Shown here in pieces: positions 20,701-30,276 of a stretch of DNA of 64,000 bases (within the stretch, counting starts at the first letter, position 1; each line of letters begins with the position of its first letter). The notes below the pieces were generated by a model. It saw only the letters and a list, made by a program, of their open reading frames with translations, made no database searches and was not told the origin of the DNA. Source of the DNA: Ignavibacteriota bacterium (GTDB taxonomy: Bacteria; Bacteroidota; Ignavibacteria; UBA10030; UBA6906); the NCBI GenBank assembly GCA_963801355.1, contig CAWDEM010000008.1, positions 96,001 through 160,000 on the forward strand. The letters run 5' to 3'. The position numbers and the translations under genes were made by a program.

Positions 20701-21021
20701 CGACCGGGCTTCAAACACGTGCTCATGCGCCCGACGCCGGTAGCCGGTTTGGATTTCGTGCGGGCGGCGCACAAGACGCCCCACGGCCGCATCGAGAGCG
20801 AATGGACGAACCACGCAGGCCGTTTCGACTGGAACATCCGTGTGCCGGTGAACACGACAGCAACGGTGTTCATCCCGGCAACGAGCCTCAAGAGCATCAC
20901 TGAGAGCGGCACACCCGTCAGAAAGGCAGCAGGCGTGCGATATTTGCGGACCGAAGACTCTTCCGCGGTTTTCGCGGTCGAATCCGGCACATATCATTTT
21001 TCGGCTGTTCTTCCGCAGTGA
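17740..21021 (+). CDS. Exported GH78 alpha-L-rhamnosidase
   Basis: Signal peptide from ATG 17740; DMGQNVVGW, PRFTYHGFR, PTDCPQRDERQGWLGD, YGDW, GATTVWELW, MNSGNH. Confidence 0.92.
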   Translation: MCIKGIPLFLLPVLSLCFFSNTRAAQMQTIVSQVSVNQLRCEGLSDPQGIDVTTPRLSWILESDERSQKQTAYQILVASSPELLRKAESDRWNSGKVRSGQSIQVTYKGAPLASGMPYYWMVRIWDRKGKPSHWSPVAEWTMGLLKENDWKGKWIGLDGVDTTYHLASTSWIWYPGGQPEKAAPLGTRYFRRTIVIPEGRTVQRALLYATADDYAEFFLNDVPICTTTSHRLIAELRNVPGVRTGKNVLAVSVRNLPIPNEGDRPNPAGLVGMFEIRFTDGTSLLIPTDSLWKTADTATAGWQMVEFDDAHWVTAQTLGPVGMPPWGKKSGVANRRLAARWLRKEFTLDRPIRRATVYMSGLGLSELHINGKKIGDHVLSPALSEYPKRVFYVTHDVSGALAPGRNTLGVILGNGRYYAPRLGSPTVTQTYGYPKLLLQLRIENEDGTTGDVVSDESWRLSTDGPIIANNEYDGEEYDARKEFEGWSSSGFNDGTWQVPAIVSPPGGVLSAQMIRPIRVVETLKPVSVKEQRPGAFIFDMGQNVVGWCRLRVQGARGSQISLRHAETLKPDGELYLDNIRGAKVTDLYTLKGEGEEVFEPRFTYHGFRFVEMTGFSGRPEISAIEGRVVNDDVETAGAFTCSHPVINRTYRSVVRGVQGNYRSIPTDCPQRDERQGWLGDRSAESRGESYLFDIGALYAKWTQDMADAQKPNGSVSDVCPAYWPLYNDNVTWPSSTVIIPGALYDQYADTALIRRHYPSMVKWIDHMSAYIKDGVIEKDTYGDWCVPPESPELIHSKDPLRKTAPGILSTSYFYHDLQLMTRFATITGNAPDAKRFAALARSLKEGLHRRYYNDSLGFYDNGSQTSCVLPLAFGMVPSHLRSKVFARLVWKIAEESKGHIGTGLVGGQWLNGVLTDYDRADLSFRFATNTTYPSWGYMMEKGATTVWELWNGDSADPAMNSGNHVMLVGDLVVWLYERVAGIRADSARPGFKHVLMRPTPVAGLDFVRAAHKTPHGRIESEWTNHAGRFDWNIRVPVNTTATVFIPATSLKSITESGTPVRKAAGVRYLRTEDSSAVFAVESGTYHFSAVLPQ

Positions 21022-21063
21022 CAGCCATACACGACATCCCCATCTCAACAGGTGTCAAGCGCA

Positions 21064-22131
21064 ATGGTCTCCAATCCCTTTCTCGGCGTGTTCTTTCACT
21101 GGCTTGGCGGACTTGCCGCTGGTAGTTTCTACGCTCCGTATCGAGCGGTGCGGCAGTGGTCGTGGGAAGTGTACTGGCTTGTCGGAGGGGTGTTCAGCTG
21201 GATTGTCGCGCCGTGGATTATGGCTTCTGTCAACACGAACGAGTTGATCGCGACACTGAGTGAGGCGCCGCGGTCCAGCATCCTCTGGGCCTATTTCTGG
21301 GGAGTCCTGTGGGGTGTGGGGGGGTTGACATTCGGATTGACGATGCGCTACCTCGGCCTCTCGCTTGGCATGGGCGTAGCCCTGGGATACTGTGCCGCCT
21401 TCGGTACGTTGATCCCTCCGATATTCCACGGGGAATTCGTCAGCAAAGTCCTGGGCACGACTTCGGGACTGGTCATTCTTCTGGGCGTGGTGGTCTGTCT
21501 TGCAGGCATTGCGATTGCCGGCCTGGCGGGGAGGTCCAAGGAGAAGGAGATGACCGATGAGCAGAAGAAGGCCACGATCCGTGAATTCAACTTCAGCAAG
21601 GGGATTCTTGTCGGCACAGTTTCGGGTATCCTGAGCGCCTGCATGGCTTACGGGCTGGATGCCGCCGCCCCGATCTCGGAGATTTCGGCCCGGTACGGCA
21701 CATCGGCGCTCTGGACTGGTCTGCCGAAACTCTGCATCGTGTTGCTTGGCGGGTTCACGACGAATTTCATCTGGTGTGTGTTCTTGAACATCCGGAACCG
21801 GACGGGCCGTCAGTACTTCAGCGCCGGCGGTGCCGAACGGGTTCCGATGCTTCGCAACTATTTCTTCAGTGCGCTTGCCGGAGTTGTCTGGTACATGCAG
21901 TTTTTCTTTTACACGATGGGCGAAACGCAGATGGGCGAGTACAAGTTCTCAAGCTGGACCGTCCACATGGCGAGCATAATCATCTTCAGTTCGCTCTGGG
22001 GGATCGCACTGAAGGAATGGGCGGGGAGCAGCCGATCCACCAAGAGAACCCTTGCGCTCGGATTGGCGACTCTTGTGTTCTCGACGATGGTTGTCGGTTA
22101 CGGAAACTTCCTGGGTGCGGGTGCACGGTGA
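21064..22131 (+). CDS. rhaT: L-rhamnose/H+ symporter
   Basis: SFYAPY..WSWEVYW, WGVGGLTFGLTMRYLGLSLG, GGFTTNFIWC, WYMQFFFY. Confidence 0.92.
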   Translation: MVSNPFLGVFFHWLGGLAAGSFYAPYRAVRQWSWEVYWLVGGVFSWIVAPWIMASVNTNELIATLSEAPRSSILWAYFWGVLWGVGGLTFGLTMRYLGLSLGMGVALGYCAAFGTLIPPIFHGEFVSKVLGTTSGLVILLGVVVCLAGIAIAGLAGRSKEKEMTDEQKKATIREFNFSKGILVGTVSGILSACMAYGLDAAAPISEISARYGTSALWTGLPKLCIVLLGGFTTNFIWCVFLNIRNRTGRQYFSAGGAERVPMLRNYFFSALAGVVWYMQFFFYTMGETQMGEYKFSSWTVHMASIIIFSSLWGIALKEWAGSSRSTKRTLALGLATLVFSTMVVGYGNFLGAGAR

Positions 22132-22183
22132 GGGAGCGTGCCAGGGAATCTCTTTCCGGATAATGGTCAGGGAAACGGTAAGC

Positions 22184-22744
22184 ATGGATAGCGGGCTGCT
22201 CAAACTGATCGTGTTTTTCGTGATCTCCTGTTGGCTTGCAGGTATTTCATCGAGGTCATTGCGCGTCGTTCGTTCTCACGGGTTTTTCCGGTTCTTTGCA
22301 TGGGAAGCCATCCTCGCGCTGGTTGTCGTCAACAGTGAAGTCTGGTTCTCCGATCCGTTCTCGATCCGCCAGATCGTCTCATGGGTCTTCTTGCTGATGT
22401 CTCTCATACTGCTGGCACAAGGTCTCTATCTAATACGTGTTGTGGGCAAGCCAGGCAATCAGCGTCAGGATAGCACCTTGCTGTCGTTCGAAAGAACCTC
22501 GCGCCTTGTGACATCCGGCATTTACCAATATATTCGTCATCCCCTGTACGGATCCCTGCTGTTTCTTGCGTGGGGAGCATTTCTTAAGGAAGTAACCTGG
22601 TATTCGGTGTGTCTGGTGGTTGCGGCGACCGTGTTGCTGATCGTGACATCGAAGATCGATGAAGCCGAGTGCGTCCGATACTTCGGCACTGCGTATGAAG
22701 AATACATGAAGAGGACAAAGATGTTCGTTCCGTATCTGTTTTAG
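22184..22744 (+). CDS. Isoprenylcysteine carboxyl methyltransferase/PEMT-family membrane protein
   Basis: LVTSGIYQYIRHPLY; FGTAYEEYMKRTKMFVP. Confidence 0.85.
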   Translation: MDSGLLKLIVFFVISCWLAGISSRSLRVVRSHGFFRFFAWEAILALVVVNSEVWFSDPFSIRQIVSWVFLLMSLILLAQGLYLIRVVGKPGNQRQDSTLLSFERTSRLVTSGIYQYIRHPLYGSLLFLAWGAFLKEVTWYSVCLVVAATVLLIVTSKIDEAECVRYFGTAYEEYMKRTKMFVPYLF

Positions 22745-22784
22745 GTGAGTACTGCCTGTTCTACCTTCATGGGAGAATCATTGG

Positions 22785-23342
22785 ATGGAATATCACGGTA
22801 ATCTGACACGGGCGGCTTTCGAGAACGCCCTCACGCCCAGAAGCGTGCAAGTAACCCGGATCATTCAGCTGGCGCTGATGATCGGCGTATGGGTCTACGT
22901 TCTGTGCGTCGTGGTCATCTACTTTGTGTATCAGGACCTGCGTGCCGACGCATACGCGGTAAACATGATCTCGATGATGACGCTCATTCACCTGGCCTTT
23001 CTCGGCGGTGCCCTGGTCCTGGGTCAGCTGCTCTTTCTTCGCATCTTCTCCCCGCGAGGTTTGCCGGCAGCCTTTCCGGAAGCCGATACCGACAAATTGG
23101 CGGCACAGGTCGTGTCGCGGCAACATGTGGCCATTATTGCACGGCTTGCGGCAATGGAAGGAGCTGCGTTCTTCGGTCTTGCCATCTGTACCCTGGGTGC
23201 CGTCAACGGAACTCTCCAGACGGCACCTCTGTACTGGGTCAATATGCTGTCCACACTCCTGCTCCTGGTCTTCGGCGTAGTCACGTTCCCGACGCAGGAA
23301 CGATTGGTCGGTTGGTTCGAAAAGAACTTTACACCGTCGTGA
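22785..23342 (+). CDS. Hypothetical membrane protein (about 4 TM)
   Basis: Co-oriented ORF with four hydrophobic segments. Confidence 0.65.
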   Translation: MEYHGNLTRAAFENALTPRSVQVTRIIQLALMIGVWVYVLCVVVIYFVYQDLRADAYAVNMISMMTLIHLAFLGGALVLGQLLFLRIFSPRGLPAAFPEADTDKLAAQVVSRQHVAIIARLAAMEGAAFFGLAICTLGAVNGTLQTAPLYWVNMLSTLLLLVFGVVTFPTQERLVGWFEKNFTPS

Positions 23343-23396
23343 ACGTCGCCGGTCACGACACTCAGAGGCTTCGGCAATAGGGGATATTCTTTACGC

Positions 23397-24446
23397 ATGG
23401 ACCACCGCACGAATGTGTTGAAGGCAATCCGGTTCGAGAACCCTGAGTATGTTCCCATGGTGTTCCACATCAACGCTGCATGCTGGCATCACTATGATCA
23501 TGCGCCGTTACAGGACCTGATGGAAGCGCACCGGTTTCTGTTCCCGAACTTCAGGCGACAGGAAACCGTGGAGCCGCACTACACGCTGAACGAACGAAAA
23601 GACGAGCCGTACACGGACCCGTGGGGGTGTGTGTGGCAAACGATGGATGACGGCATCACCGGAACCGTCCGGGAACACCCCCTTGCAGACTGGTCCAGGT
23701 TCAGTGCATACCGGCCTCCCGATCCGAGCACCACGGACGGCATCTTCCCTCTGGATTGGACCGCCCTTCGTGAACAGGTTGAGGGACGGAAGACTCGCGG
23801 GGAGCTGGTCATTGGCGAGCTGCCGCACGGGCACACCTTCATGCGCCTCATGGACATCAGGGGGTACGAAAACCTCGTTTTCGACATGATGGATAGGGAC
23901 CCACGGTTGACGGCATTACTCGGGATGCTGGAAGAGTTCAATCTTGCGTGTGTCATGCGATGGCTGTCATTGGATCCGGACATCATGGCGTATCCGGAAG
24001 ACCTTGGCATGCAGCTTGGCCCCATGTTGTCCCCGGACAACTTTCGGGAATACATCAGGCCGGTCTATCAGCGGCTCATGAGACCCGCGCGCGACAGGGG
24101 ATGCGTCGTGCATATGCACTCGGACGGAGACATCCGCACGCTCGTTGACGATCTGATCGGGGGAGGTGTGGATGTGCTTAACCTGCAGGATACGGTGAAC
24201 GGCATAGAATGGATTGCCGGCCGGTTGGCCGGCCGGCTGTGTATTGAACTGGATATCGACCGGCAATATGTCACCGCGCGGGGGACACCACGTCAGATCG
24301 ATGAGCTCATACGCGAAGAAGTGAGGGCCCTCGCGAGCAAAGAGGGCGGCTTGATGATGATTTACGGTCTCTATCCCGGTGTGCCACTGGAAAACGTACG
24401 GGCGCTCATGGATGCGATGGAGAAGTACGCCCTGTATTATTCCTGA
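23397..24446 (+). CDS. Uroporphyrinogen decarboxylase (URO-D/MtaA-CmuA)-like TIM-barrel protein
   Basis: TDPWGCVW, RGYENLVFD, EDLGMQLGPMLSP..FREYIRP, HSDG, GVPLENVRA. Confidence 0.8.
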   Translation: MDHRTNVLKAIRFENPEYVPMVFHINAACWHHYDHAPLQDLMEAHRFLFPNFRRQETVEPHYTLNERKDEPYTDPWGCVWQTMDDGITGTVREHPLADWSRFSAYRPPDPSTTDGIFPLDWTALREQVEGRKTRGELVIGELPHGHTFMRLMDIRGYENLVFDMMDRDPRLTALLGMLEEFNLACVMRWLSLDPDIMAYPEDLGMQLGPMLSPDNFREYIRPVYQRLMRPARDRGCVVHMHSDGDIRTLVDDLIGGGVDVLNLQDTVNGIEWIAGRLAGRLCIELDIDRQYVTARGTPRQIDELIREEVRALASKEGGLMMIYGLYPGVPLENVRALMDAMEKYALYYS

Positions 24447-24520
24447 GTTGTATATCCCGGGAAATTTGTTTTTTATGATTCATTCAGATATTCACACGCA
24501 CAGACATCCACGGATCATCC

Positions 24521-25390
24521 ATGAAAATCCAAAAAGCCATCATCACCGCGGCGGGGAAGGGCCAGCGCCAGCTTCCCCTGCAGACACTGATTGACCGCGA
24601 CGGCCAGCAGAAGGCGGTGCTGAGCGTGATCATCGATGAGGTGGTGAGGGCCGGCATCAACGACACCTGCATAGTCATTCATCCCGACGATGAGTCCGCC
24701 TTTCGTTCCGTAGCCGGTGACCATGTGCGGCACCTTTCCTTTGTCTATCAGGAAGAGCCGCGGGGATACGGGCATGCCGTTTGGTGTGCCCGGGAGTTTG
24801 CAGGCAAGGAGCCCTTTCTGCACCTGATCGGGGATCACCTGTACGTGAACCGGCGAGACAAGGGGTGTGCACAGCGCGTTGTCGAAACCGCCGAAGCGCA
24901 ATCGTGCGCAGTGTCAGCGGTGCAGGCAACCCGGGAGGGCCTGCTGCCGAATTTCGGAGCGGTGAGCGGCAAGAGGATGCATGGCAGGAACGATCTGTAC
25001 TCGATTGATACCGTCATTGAAAAACCTACCCCCACGGAAGCCGAGCAGCGGTTACTGGTTCCGGGTCTCCGCGCGGGCTATTACCTCTGCTTTTTCGGCA
25101 TCCACGTATTGACCCCCACGGTGATGGAGATCCTCGATCATCAGCTCAAACAGCATGCGGATCACCGGCTCGGGACAATCTCGGATGCGCTTCACCAGAT
25201 GGCGCAGAGGGAGAAGTACCTGGCGCTGGAAATGAACGACTACCGGTACAACGTCGGGATCAAGTACGGCCTGCTGAACGCGCAGCTTGCGCTTGCGCTG
25301 ATCGGGGAGGACCGCGACGAGGTCCTGTCCATGCTCATGGAGCTGCTTCTGCTTCGCGAGCGTTATGCCGGCGAGAGGAACCAGGCATGA
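24521..25390 (+). CDS. GalU-like sugar-1-phosphate nucleotidyltransferase
   Basis: [27 protein letters not shown]. Confidence 0.8.
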   Translation: MKIQKAIITAAGKGQRQLPLQTLIDRDGQQKAVLSVIIDEVVRAGINDTCIVIHPDDESAFRSVAGDHVRHLSFVYQEEPRGYGHAVWCAREFAGKEPFLHLIGDHLYVNRRDKGCAQRVVETAEAQSCAVSAVQATREGLLPNFGAVSGKRMHGRNDLYSIDTVIEKPTPTEAEQRLLVPGLRAGYYLCFFGIHVLTPTVMEILDHQLKQHADHRLGTISDALHQMAQREKYLALEMNDYRYNVGIKYGLLNAQLALALIGEDRDEVLSMLMELLLLRERYAGERNQA

Positions 25391-28300
25391 GTGCGTTAAC
25401 TGCCATCATCACCACTGAAGACCGGCGGGTGCGCGATCAGGCCCTGGATGCCTTTTGCCGGTCAGCCTCGCTGGAGCAGCTGCTCGACGAATGCAGCGCT
25501 CTTGAGGATTTCCGCCAGACCGCCACGAACCTCTACGAACAGGTCCGGGCACTTTTCTTTCTGTACGCCATTCACCGCTTTCACATTCCCGTGAAACCCG
25601 GGCTGCCCCTCCGCGGGTTGATCCCGTTCAACGGTTACAATGATCTCCTGCACCGCCGCTTTGAAGAGGCCATACAGCAGTTCCTCGCGATACAGTCGGC
25701 AACCGGCCCGTGTGACGGCATCTCGAGCGCCCTGGCTTCTGCATACCGCAGTCTCGGCTTCCAGACGCTTGCCAACCAGGTTCGCGCAAGCGTGCGTGCC
25801 GTGCGGGGGAACCGGTGGATGTTTAGAGCCGGTCATCCGTCAGACCACCCCTTGCGCGTTGTCGCACCCTTAACGAGGAAATCTGACGGCCTCTTTCCTC
25901 TTCTGCATGAATGCACCCCTGTCAGGATGGATTTCTCGCACAGCGGATGGAGTGACATCTTTTTTCTCGGCATGGACTACCCGGAAGGTGCACGTGTCCT
26001 GAATGTCTCCATTGACCTCGCTGTCAGGGAGCACGAAGGGGGGCAGGACGGGGAGCAGAACCCCCGCCCTCCGGTCGAGGCCTATTTCCGGATCATCGAT
26101 ACTCCGGTGATCCGGCTTGCGAGTGCGGATCTCGGTGCGGTCACCGAAGTGACGTCTTTTACGCAGCTCTTTGACTATGCCGCCGACTATCTGGGTCTGC
26201 TGAAAGGAGCGGTCATTGCATCGGGTATCGTCCCTCCGGGCATGGAGGGTGCCAATCAGCCGCTTGCGGATCTTCTGGCGCGATTGATCGGGCCCGGGCT
26301 GGGCATTGAAATCGTCAGCCAGGTGAACGGCATCCCTAAAGGGTCGCGTCTTGCCGTGTCGACCACGCTGCTCGCTTCGATTATCACCGTCTGCATGCGC
26401 GCCACCGGACAAATCTCATCCCTCACGGGCACCATGACCGAGGATGAGCGGCGTACCGTCGCGGCGCGGGCAATTCTGGGTGAATGGCTGAGCGGTTCGG
26501 GCGGCGGCTGGCAGGATTCCGGGGGAGTCTGGCCCGGCATCAAGCTTATCCAGGGAGTGTGCAGTCAGGAAGGCGACATCGAGTTCGGTGTCAGCCGCGG
26601 ATGCTTGTTGCCCCGCCACACGATTCTCCTCAACGACGATGTCTCCGGGCAGACACGGAGGCTTTTGCAGGAGAGCCTCATACTGGTGCATGGAGGTATG
26701 GCGCAGGATGTCGGGCCCATTCTGGAAATGGTGACAGAACGGTACCTGCTCCGCTCGGAAAAGGAATGGCTCGGCCGGCAGCAGGCGCTGACGCTCTTCG
26801 ATCAGATCGTGTCACAGCTGCGGGGCGGAGACATTCGTGCGCTGGGGAAGTCCACCCACCAGAACTTCGTCGGCCCGATTCAGACTGTCATCCCGTGGGC
26901 CACCAACCTCTATACCGAATCGATCATAGCGGATGTCACGGCAGAGTTCGGCAAGGATTTCTGGGGGTTCTGGATGCTAGGAGGCATGTCAGGCGGCGGC
27001 ATGGGTTTCCTTTTCGAACCATCGCGCAGGAGTCAGGCGCAAACACGTTTGCGGGAGATCATGGGGGCGCACAAGAAGCGCCTCGAGCACGGTATACCGT
27101 TTGCGATGGAGCCTGTTGTCTACGAGTTTGCCGTCAACGAACAGGGGTCGTCGTCGGAGCTGCTGTGCGGCGGAGCGGCCGTGCTTCCGCGGCACTATTA
27201 TGCCCTCACCGTGCCATCACTCCTGCGCAAGGATCCGCGGAGTATCTCCATCGACCAACGGAACGAACTGGAGCATTTTTCCTCCGCCTGCAGAACACAT
27301 CCGCTCCTGGAGGGGATGCTCGAGCAGATTTTCGACAGGATCCTGCCTGAAGGCGTGACCCAGGCCCATCACGGGCAGACCTTGCCGGAGTTGCTCAAGA
27401 AGTATGGTTTCGATGCAGTGCAACACGAACAAATGAGAGCAGATCTGCGGAATGGCTTCATCGGTCTAGCCCAGAACCGGCTGCCCGTCAACACGACAAT
27501 CGTGGATGTGGAGGAAGGCGACGTCGACGAAATCACCCGAGGTACCTCGCCACGGTATGAATCCACCGGGTCCCATGCCATCGCGGAAGGGACAGTGGGA
27601 GTCCTAACGCTGGCAGCGGGTGCCGGAAGTCGCTGGACGAAGGGGGCGGGGACCGTGAAAGCACTGAACCCGTTTTGCCGCATCGGCAGCGCTCACAGGA
27701 CCTTCATTGAAACGCACCTGGCGAAAAGCAGCCTCTCCATGAAACGGTTCAAGACTGTCATTCCGCACATCGTCTCCACGGGCTATCTCACGCACGATGC
27801 CATCACACAGTATCTCGACCGGGTGGCAAACCACGGTTACGCTGGCGATGTGCACCTTTCACCGGGAGGCATCATCGGGTTGCGGCTGATTCCCACGCTG
27901 CGGGACCTTCGCTATGCATGGCACGAAATGCCTCAGCAGCTGCTCGACGAACAGGCACAAAAGGTGCAGGAGAGCCTCCGTTCCTCGTTGATGGACTGGG
28001 CGGAACGGAGCGGTGAGGCGAGTGACTACACCGACAATCTCCCGATGCAGTGCCTTCATCCGGTCGGACACTGGTACGAGGTTCCCAACCTTCTGCGCAA
28101 CGGGGTCCTGCTGAAGGTCCTCAAGATACATCCAAAACTGAAGCACCTTCTCGTGCACAATATCGACACGATGGGAGCAAACGTCGATCCGGCCATCCTC
28201 GGTCACCACATTGAAAGCAATGCCGGCATGACCGTCGAGGTCATCACGCGGAGACTGGATGACCGGGGTGGAGGATTGGCGAGGACCGACGGGAGGGTGC

Positions 28301-28716
28301 GGCTGATCGAGGGGCTCGCGCTGCCCCGTGAAGAATTCGAGTTCACTTTGTCGTACTACAATTCCGCCACATACTGGATCGATCTAGACCGGATACTTGC
28401 TGTCTTTGGGCTTGTGCGCGATGACCTGCCGGATGTGCCGAAAGTGACAGAAGCCGTACGGACTGTTGCCTCGCGCATGCCGACGTACATCACGCTGAAG
28501 AGTGTCAAGAAGCGTTGGGGGAAAGGACAGGAAGATGTGTACCCCACGCTTCAATATGAGAAGCTCTGGGGTGATATGACAACCCTGCCGGAATTGCGAT
28601 GCTCCTTCATCGTGGTTCCCCGCCAGCGCGGCCAGCAGCTCAAGGAACCAGCACAGATGGATGGCTGGTTGAGGGATGGATCCTCGGAGTACGTGCGGTC
28701 GCTTTGCGACTGGTGA
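25387..28716 (+). CDS. Fusion of GHMP (fucokinase/HddA-like) sugar kinase and UDPGP-family sugar-1-P pyrophosphorylase
   Basis: Kinase: [36 protein letters not shown]. Pyrophosphorylase: [31 protein letters not shown]. Confidence 0.78.
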   Translation: MSALTAIITTEDRRVRDQALDAFCRSASLEQLLDECSALEDFRQTATNLYEQVRALFFLYAIHRFHIPVKPGLPLRGLIPFNGYNDLLHRRFEEAIQQFLAIQSATGPCDGISSALASAYRSLGFQTLANQVRASVRAVRGNRWMFRAGHPSDHPLRVVAPLTRKSDGLFPLLHECTPVRMDFSHSGWSDIFFLGMDYPEGARVLNVSIDLAVREHEGGQDGEQNPRPPVEAYFRIIDTPVIRLASADLGAVTEVTSFTQLFDYAADYLGLLKGAVIASGIVPPGMEGANQPLADLLARLIGPGLGIEIVSQVNGIPKGSRLAVSTTLLASIITVCMRATGQISSLTGTMTEDERRTVAARAILGEWLSGSGGGWQDSGGVWPGIKLIQGVCSQEGDIEFGVSRGCLLPRHTILLNDDVSGQTRRLLQESLILVHGGMAQDVGPILEMVTERYLLRSEKEWLGRQQALTLFDQIVSQLRGGDIRALGKSTHQNFVGPIQTVIPWATNLYTESIIADVTAEFGKDFWGFWMLGGMSGGGMGFLFEPSRRSQAQTRLREIMGAHKKRLEHGIPFAMEPVVYEFAVNEQGSSSELLCGGAAVLPRHYYALTVPSLLRKDPRSISIDQRNELEHFSSACRTHPLLEGMLEQIFDRILPEGVTQAHHGQTLPELLKKYGFDAVQHEQMRADLRNGFIGLAQNRLPVNTTIVDVEEGDVDEITRGTSPRYESTGSHAIAEGTVGVLTLAAGAGSRWTKGAGTVKALNPFCRIGSAHRTFIETHLAKSSLSMKRFKTVIPHIVSTGYLTHDAITQYLDRVANHGYAGDVHLSPGGIIGLRLIPTLRDLRYAWHEMPQQLLDEQAQKVQESLRSSLMDWAERSGEASDYTDNLPMQCLHPVGHWYEVPNLLRNGVLLKVLKIHPKLKHLLVHNIDTMGANVDPAILGHHIESNAGMTVEVITRRLDDRGGGLARTDGRVRLIEGLALPREEFEFTLSYYNSATYWIDLDRILAVFGLVRDDLPDVPKVTEAVRTVASRMPTYITLKSVKKRWGKGQEDVYPTLQYEKLWGDMTTLPELRCSFIVVPRQRGQQLKEPAQMDGWLRDGSSEYVRSLCDW

Positions 28717-28795
28717 CGGAAAGGGTCAAAACGCGACGGAATTGGTGCTCTTTCGGGCCTCCGGGTGCTGTTCGCGTGCAGCCCAGAAAAAAAAC

Positions 28796-28824
28796 TTGAC
28801 TTTGTCGAACCCTCTGCGTACTCT
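28796..28824 (+). promoter_or_regulatory. Putative sigma70 promoter
   Basis: TTGACT-17nt-TACTCT preceded by an A-tract. Confidence 0.45.
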
Positions 28825-29026
28825 GATCCACACTCAACCGCCACTCCAATCGCAGCATCAGGCGGTATTCTTCGCTTGCTTCGCTTGTCCGATGTAGCCT
28901 CAACTTCACACTCCCCTCTCCCAGAGGGTTGATTCCGAGCCGGATCTCAGTGCATTCCGACTCCCGGTGAAAGTCTTTCTCCAATACACAATGTGTGGGC
29001 TTCCTTCGACAGCCTCAGGAGGATTC

Positions 29027-29221
29027 ATGCCGACGAAGATACAGAAAAGCAAAGAAGAGACGCGTGCTGCCATTGAGAAGGAGATTGCTTCGATTACCAC
29101 CGACCTTGATCGCTTGCGGGCCATAATTCACCAGGCGACCGACACTCAACCCAATCCACTCAACCCGTCCGGCTCTCTCTCTGTGCGCGAAGAGCGGCGC
29201 ACAAACGTACTCCTGCGCTAG
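29027..29221 (+). CDS. Small hypothetical protein (64 aa, coiled-coil-like)
   Basis: AGGAGG immediately upstream of ATG; heptad-like IEKEIASITTDLDRLRAII. Confidence 0.5.
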   Translation: MPTKIQKSKEETRAAIEKEIASITTDLDRLRAIIHQATDTQPNPLNPSGSLSVREERRTNVLLR

Positions 29222-29293
29222 TCCTACACAAGAAAACACCTCCATACCGTTTCTCTCGCGCTGTCAGTAGCCCATGACGCTTCTGTGCACTGG

Positions 29294-29322
29294 TTGCATT
29301 CCCCCATTTGGTTTGGTACATT
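29294..29322 (+). promoter_or_regulatory. Putative sigma70 promoter for the CsgG-like gene
   Basis: TTGCAT-17nt-TACATT. Confidence 0.45.
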
Positions 29323-29362
29323 TCCTTCCACGGTTACCACGATTATGAAGAAAGGACGACTG

Positions 29363-30253
29363 ATGAACCTCCGCCGCATCACTGCAGCTCTCCTGGCAAT
29401 TCTGGTGTTCGTCGCGGTTCTGGCGAGCGCTCAACCCAAGAAACGCATTGCAGTATCACGTTTCGATGATGGAAAAGGTTTCCGTGGCTGTGGTACGGGC
29501 ATTGCCGATATGCTTGCGACAGCCCTGGTCAAGACACAGAAGTTCATTGTCATCGAGCGAAAAGAAATCGAAAAGGTCATGCAGGAACAGAAGCTCGGTC
29601 TTTCCGGAATGGTGACGCCGGAGACAGCGCCGGCGGTCGGCAAGCTTCTCGGAGTGGACCTCCTGGTTATCGGAGGTGTCTCCGAGCTCGGCACGTCGAA
29701 GCGAAAGGTCGGGGGGGGCATTAATGTCTTCGGCGCCGGCGTGAGCTCTCAGCAGGCACGCGCCGCTGTGGATGTCCGGCTGGTCAACACAACAACGGGC
29801 GAGATTCTTGCCGCGGAGACTGAAGAGGGGACGGAATCCACCATCGGTTTCACCGGACGCTACGAAAACATCAATTTCAACAACGTCAGCGAATGGAACG
29901 ATACCGATGTCGGCAAAGCCGCCCGAGAAGCGATCGACAAGACTGTCGAATTGATCACAGACAACATGGAGAAGATTCCCTGGTCCGGCCGTATCGTGAA
30001 AGTGAACAACGATGGGACGGTAATCATCAAGCCCGGGTCGGAAGGGAATGTTGAAAGCGGTATGGAATTCGACGTCTTTCAGCAGGGGGAGGAGCTGAAG
30101 GACCCCGATACCGGCCTCTCCATGGGTTCAGAAGAATCGAAGGTCGCGCACATCGTGGTGCAGAGCGATATGCTGAACGGCAAAGCTGCGAGGGCCAAGA
30201 TCGCCTCGGGGAGCGGGATCAAGGCGGGTGATGTCGTCCGCGAGCCGAAATAA
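29363..30253 (+). CDS. Exported CsgG/HfaB-family protein with FlgT-like C-terminal domain
   Basis: Signal peptide; RIAVSRFD, FIVIERKEIEKVMQEQKL, VDVRLVNTTTGEI, LKDPDTG. Confidence 0.8.
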   Translation: MNLRRITAALLAILVFVAVLASAQPKKRIAVSRFDDGKGFRGCGTGIADMLATALVKTQKFIVIERKEIEKVMQEQKLGLSGMVTPETAPAVGKLLGVDLLVIGGVSELGTSKRKVGGGINVFGAGVSSQQARAAVDVRLVNTTTGEILAAETEEGTESTIGFTGRYENINFNNVSEWNDTDVGKAAREAIDKTVELITDNMEKIPWSGRIVKVNNDGTVIIKPGSEGNVESGMEFDVFQQGEELKDPDTGLSMGSEESKVAHIVVQSDMLNGKAARAKIASGSGIKAGDVVREPK

Positions 30254-30276
30254 CGGTCGGAATGACAGGCGAGCCG

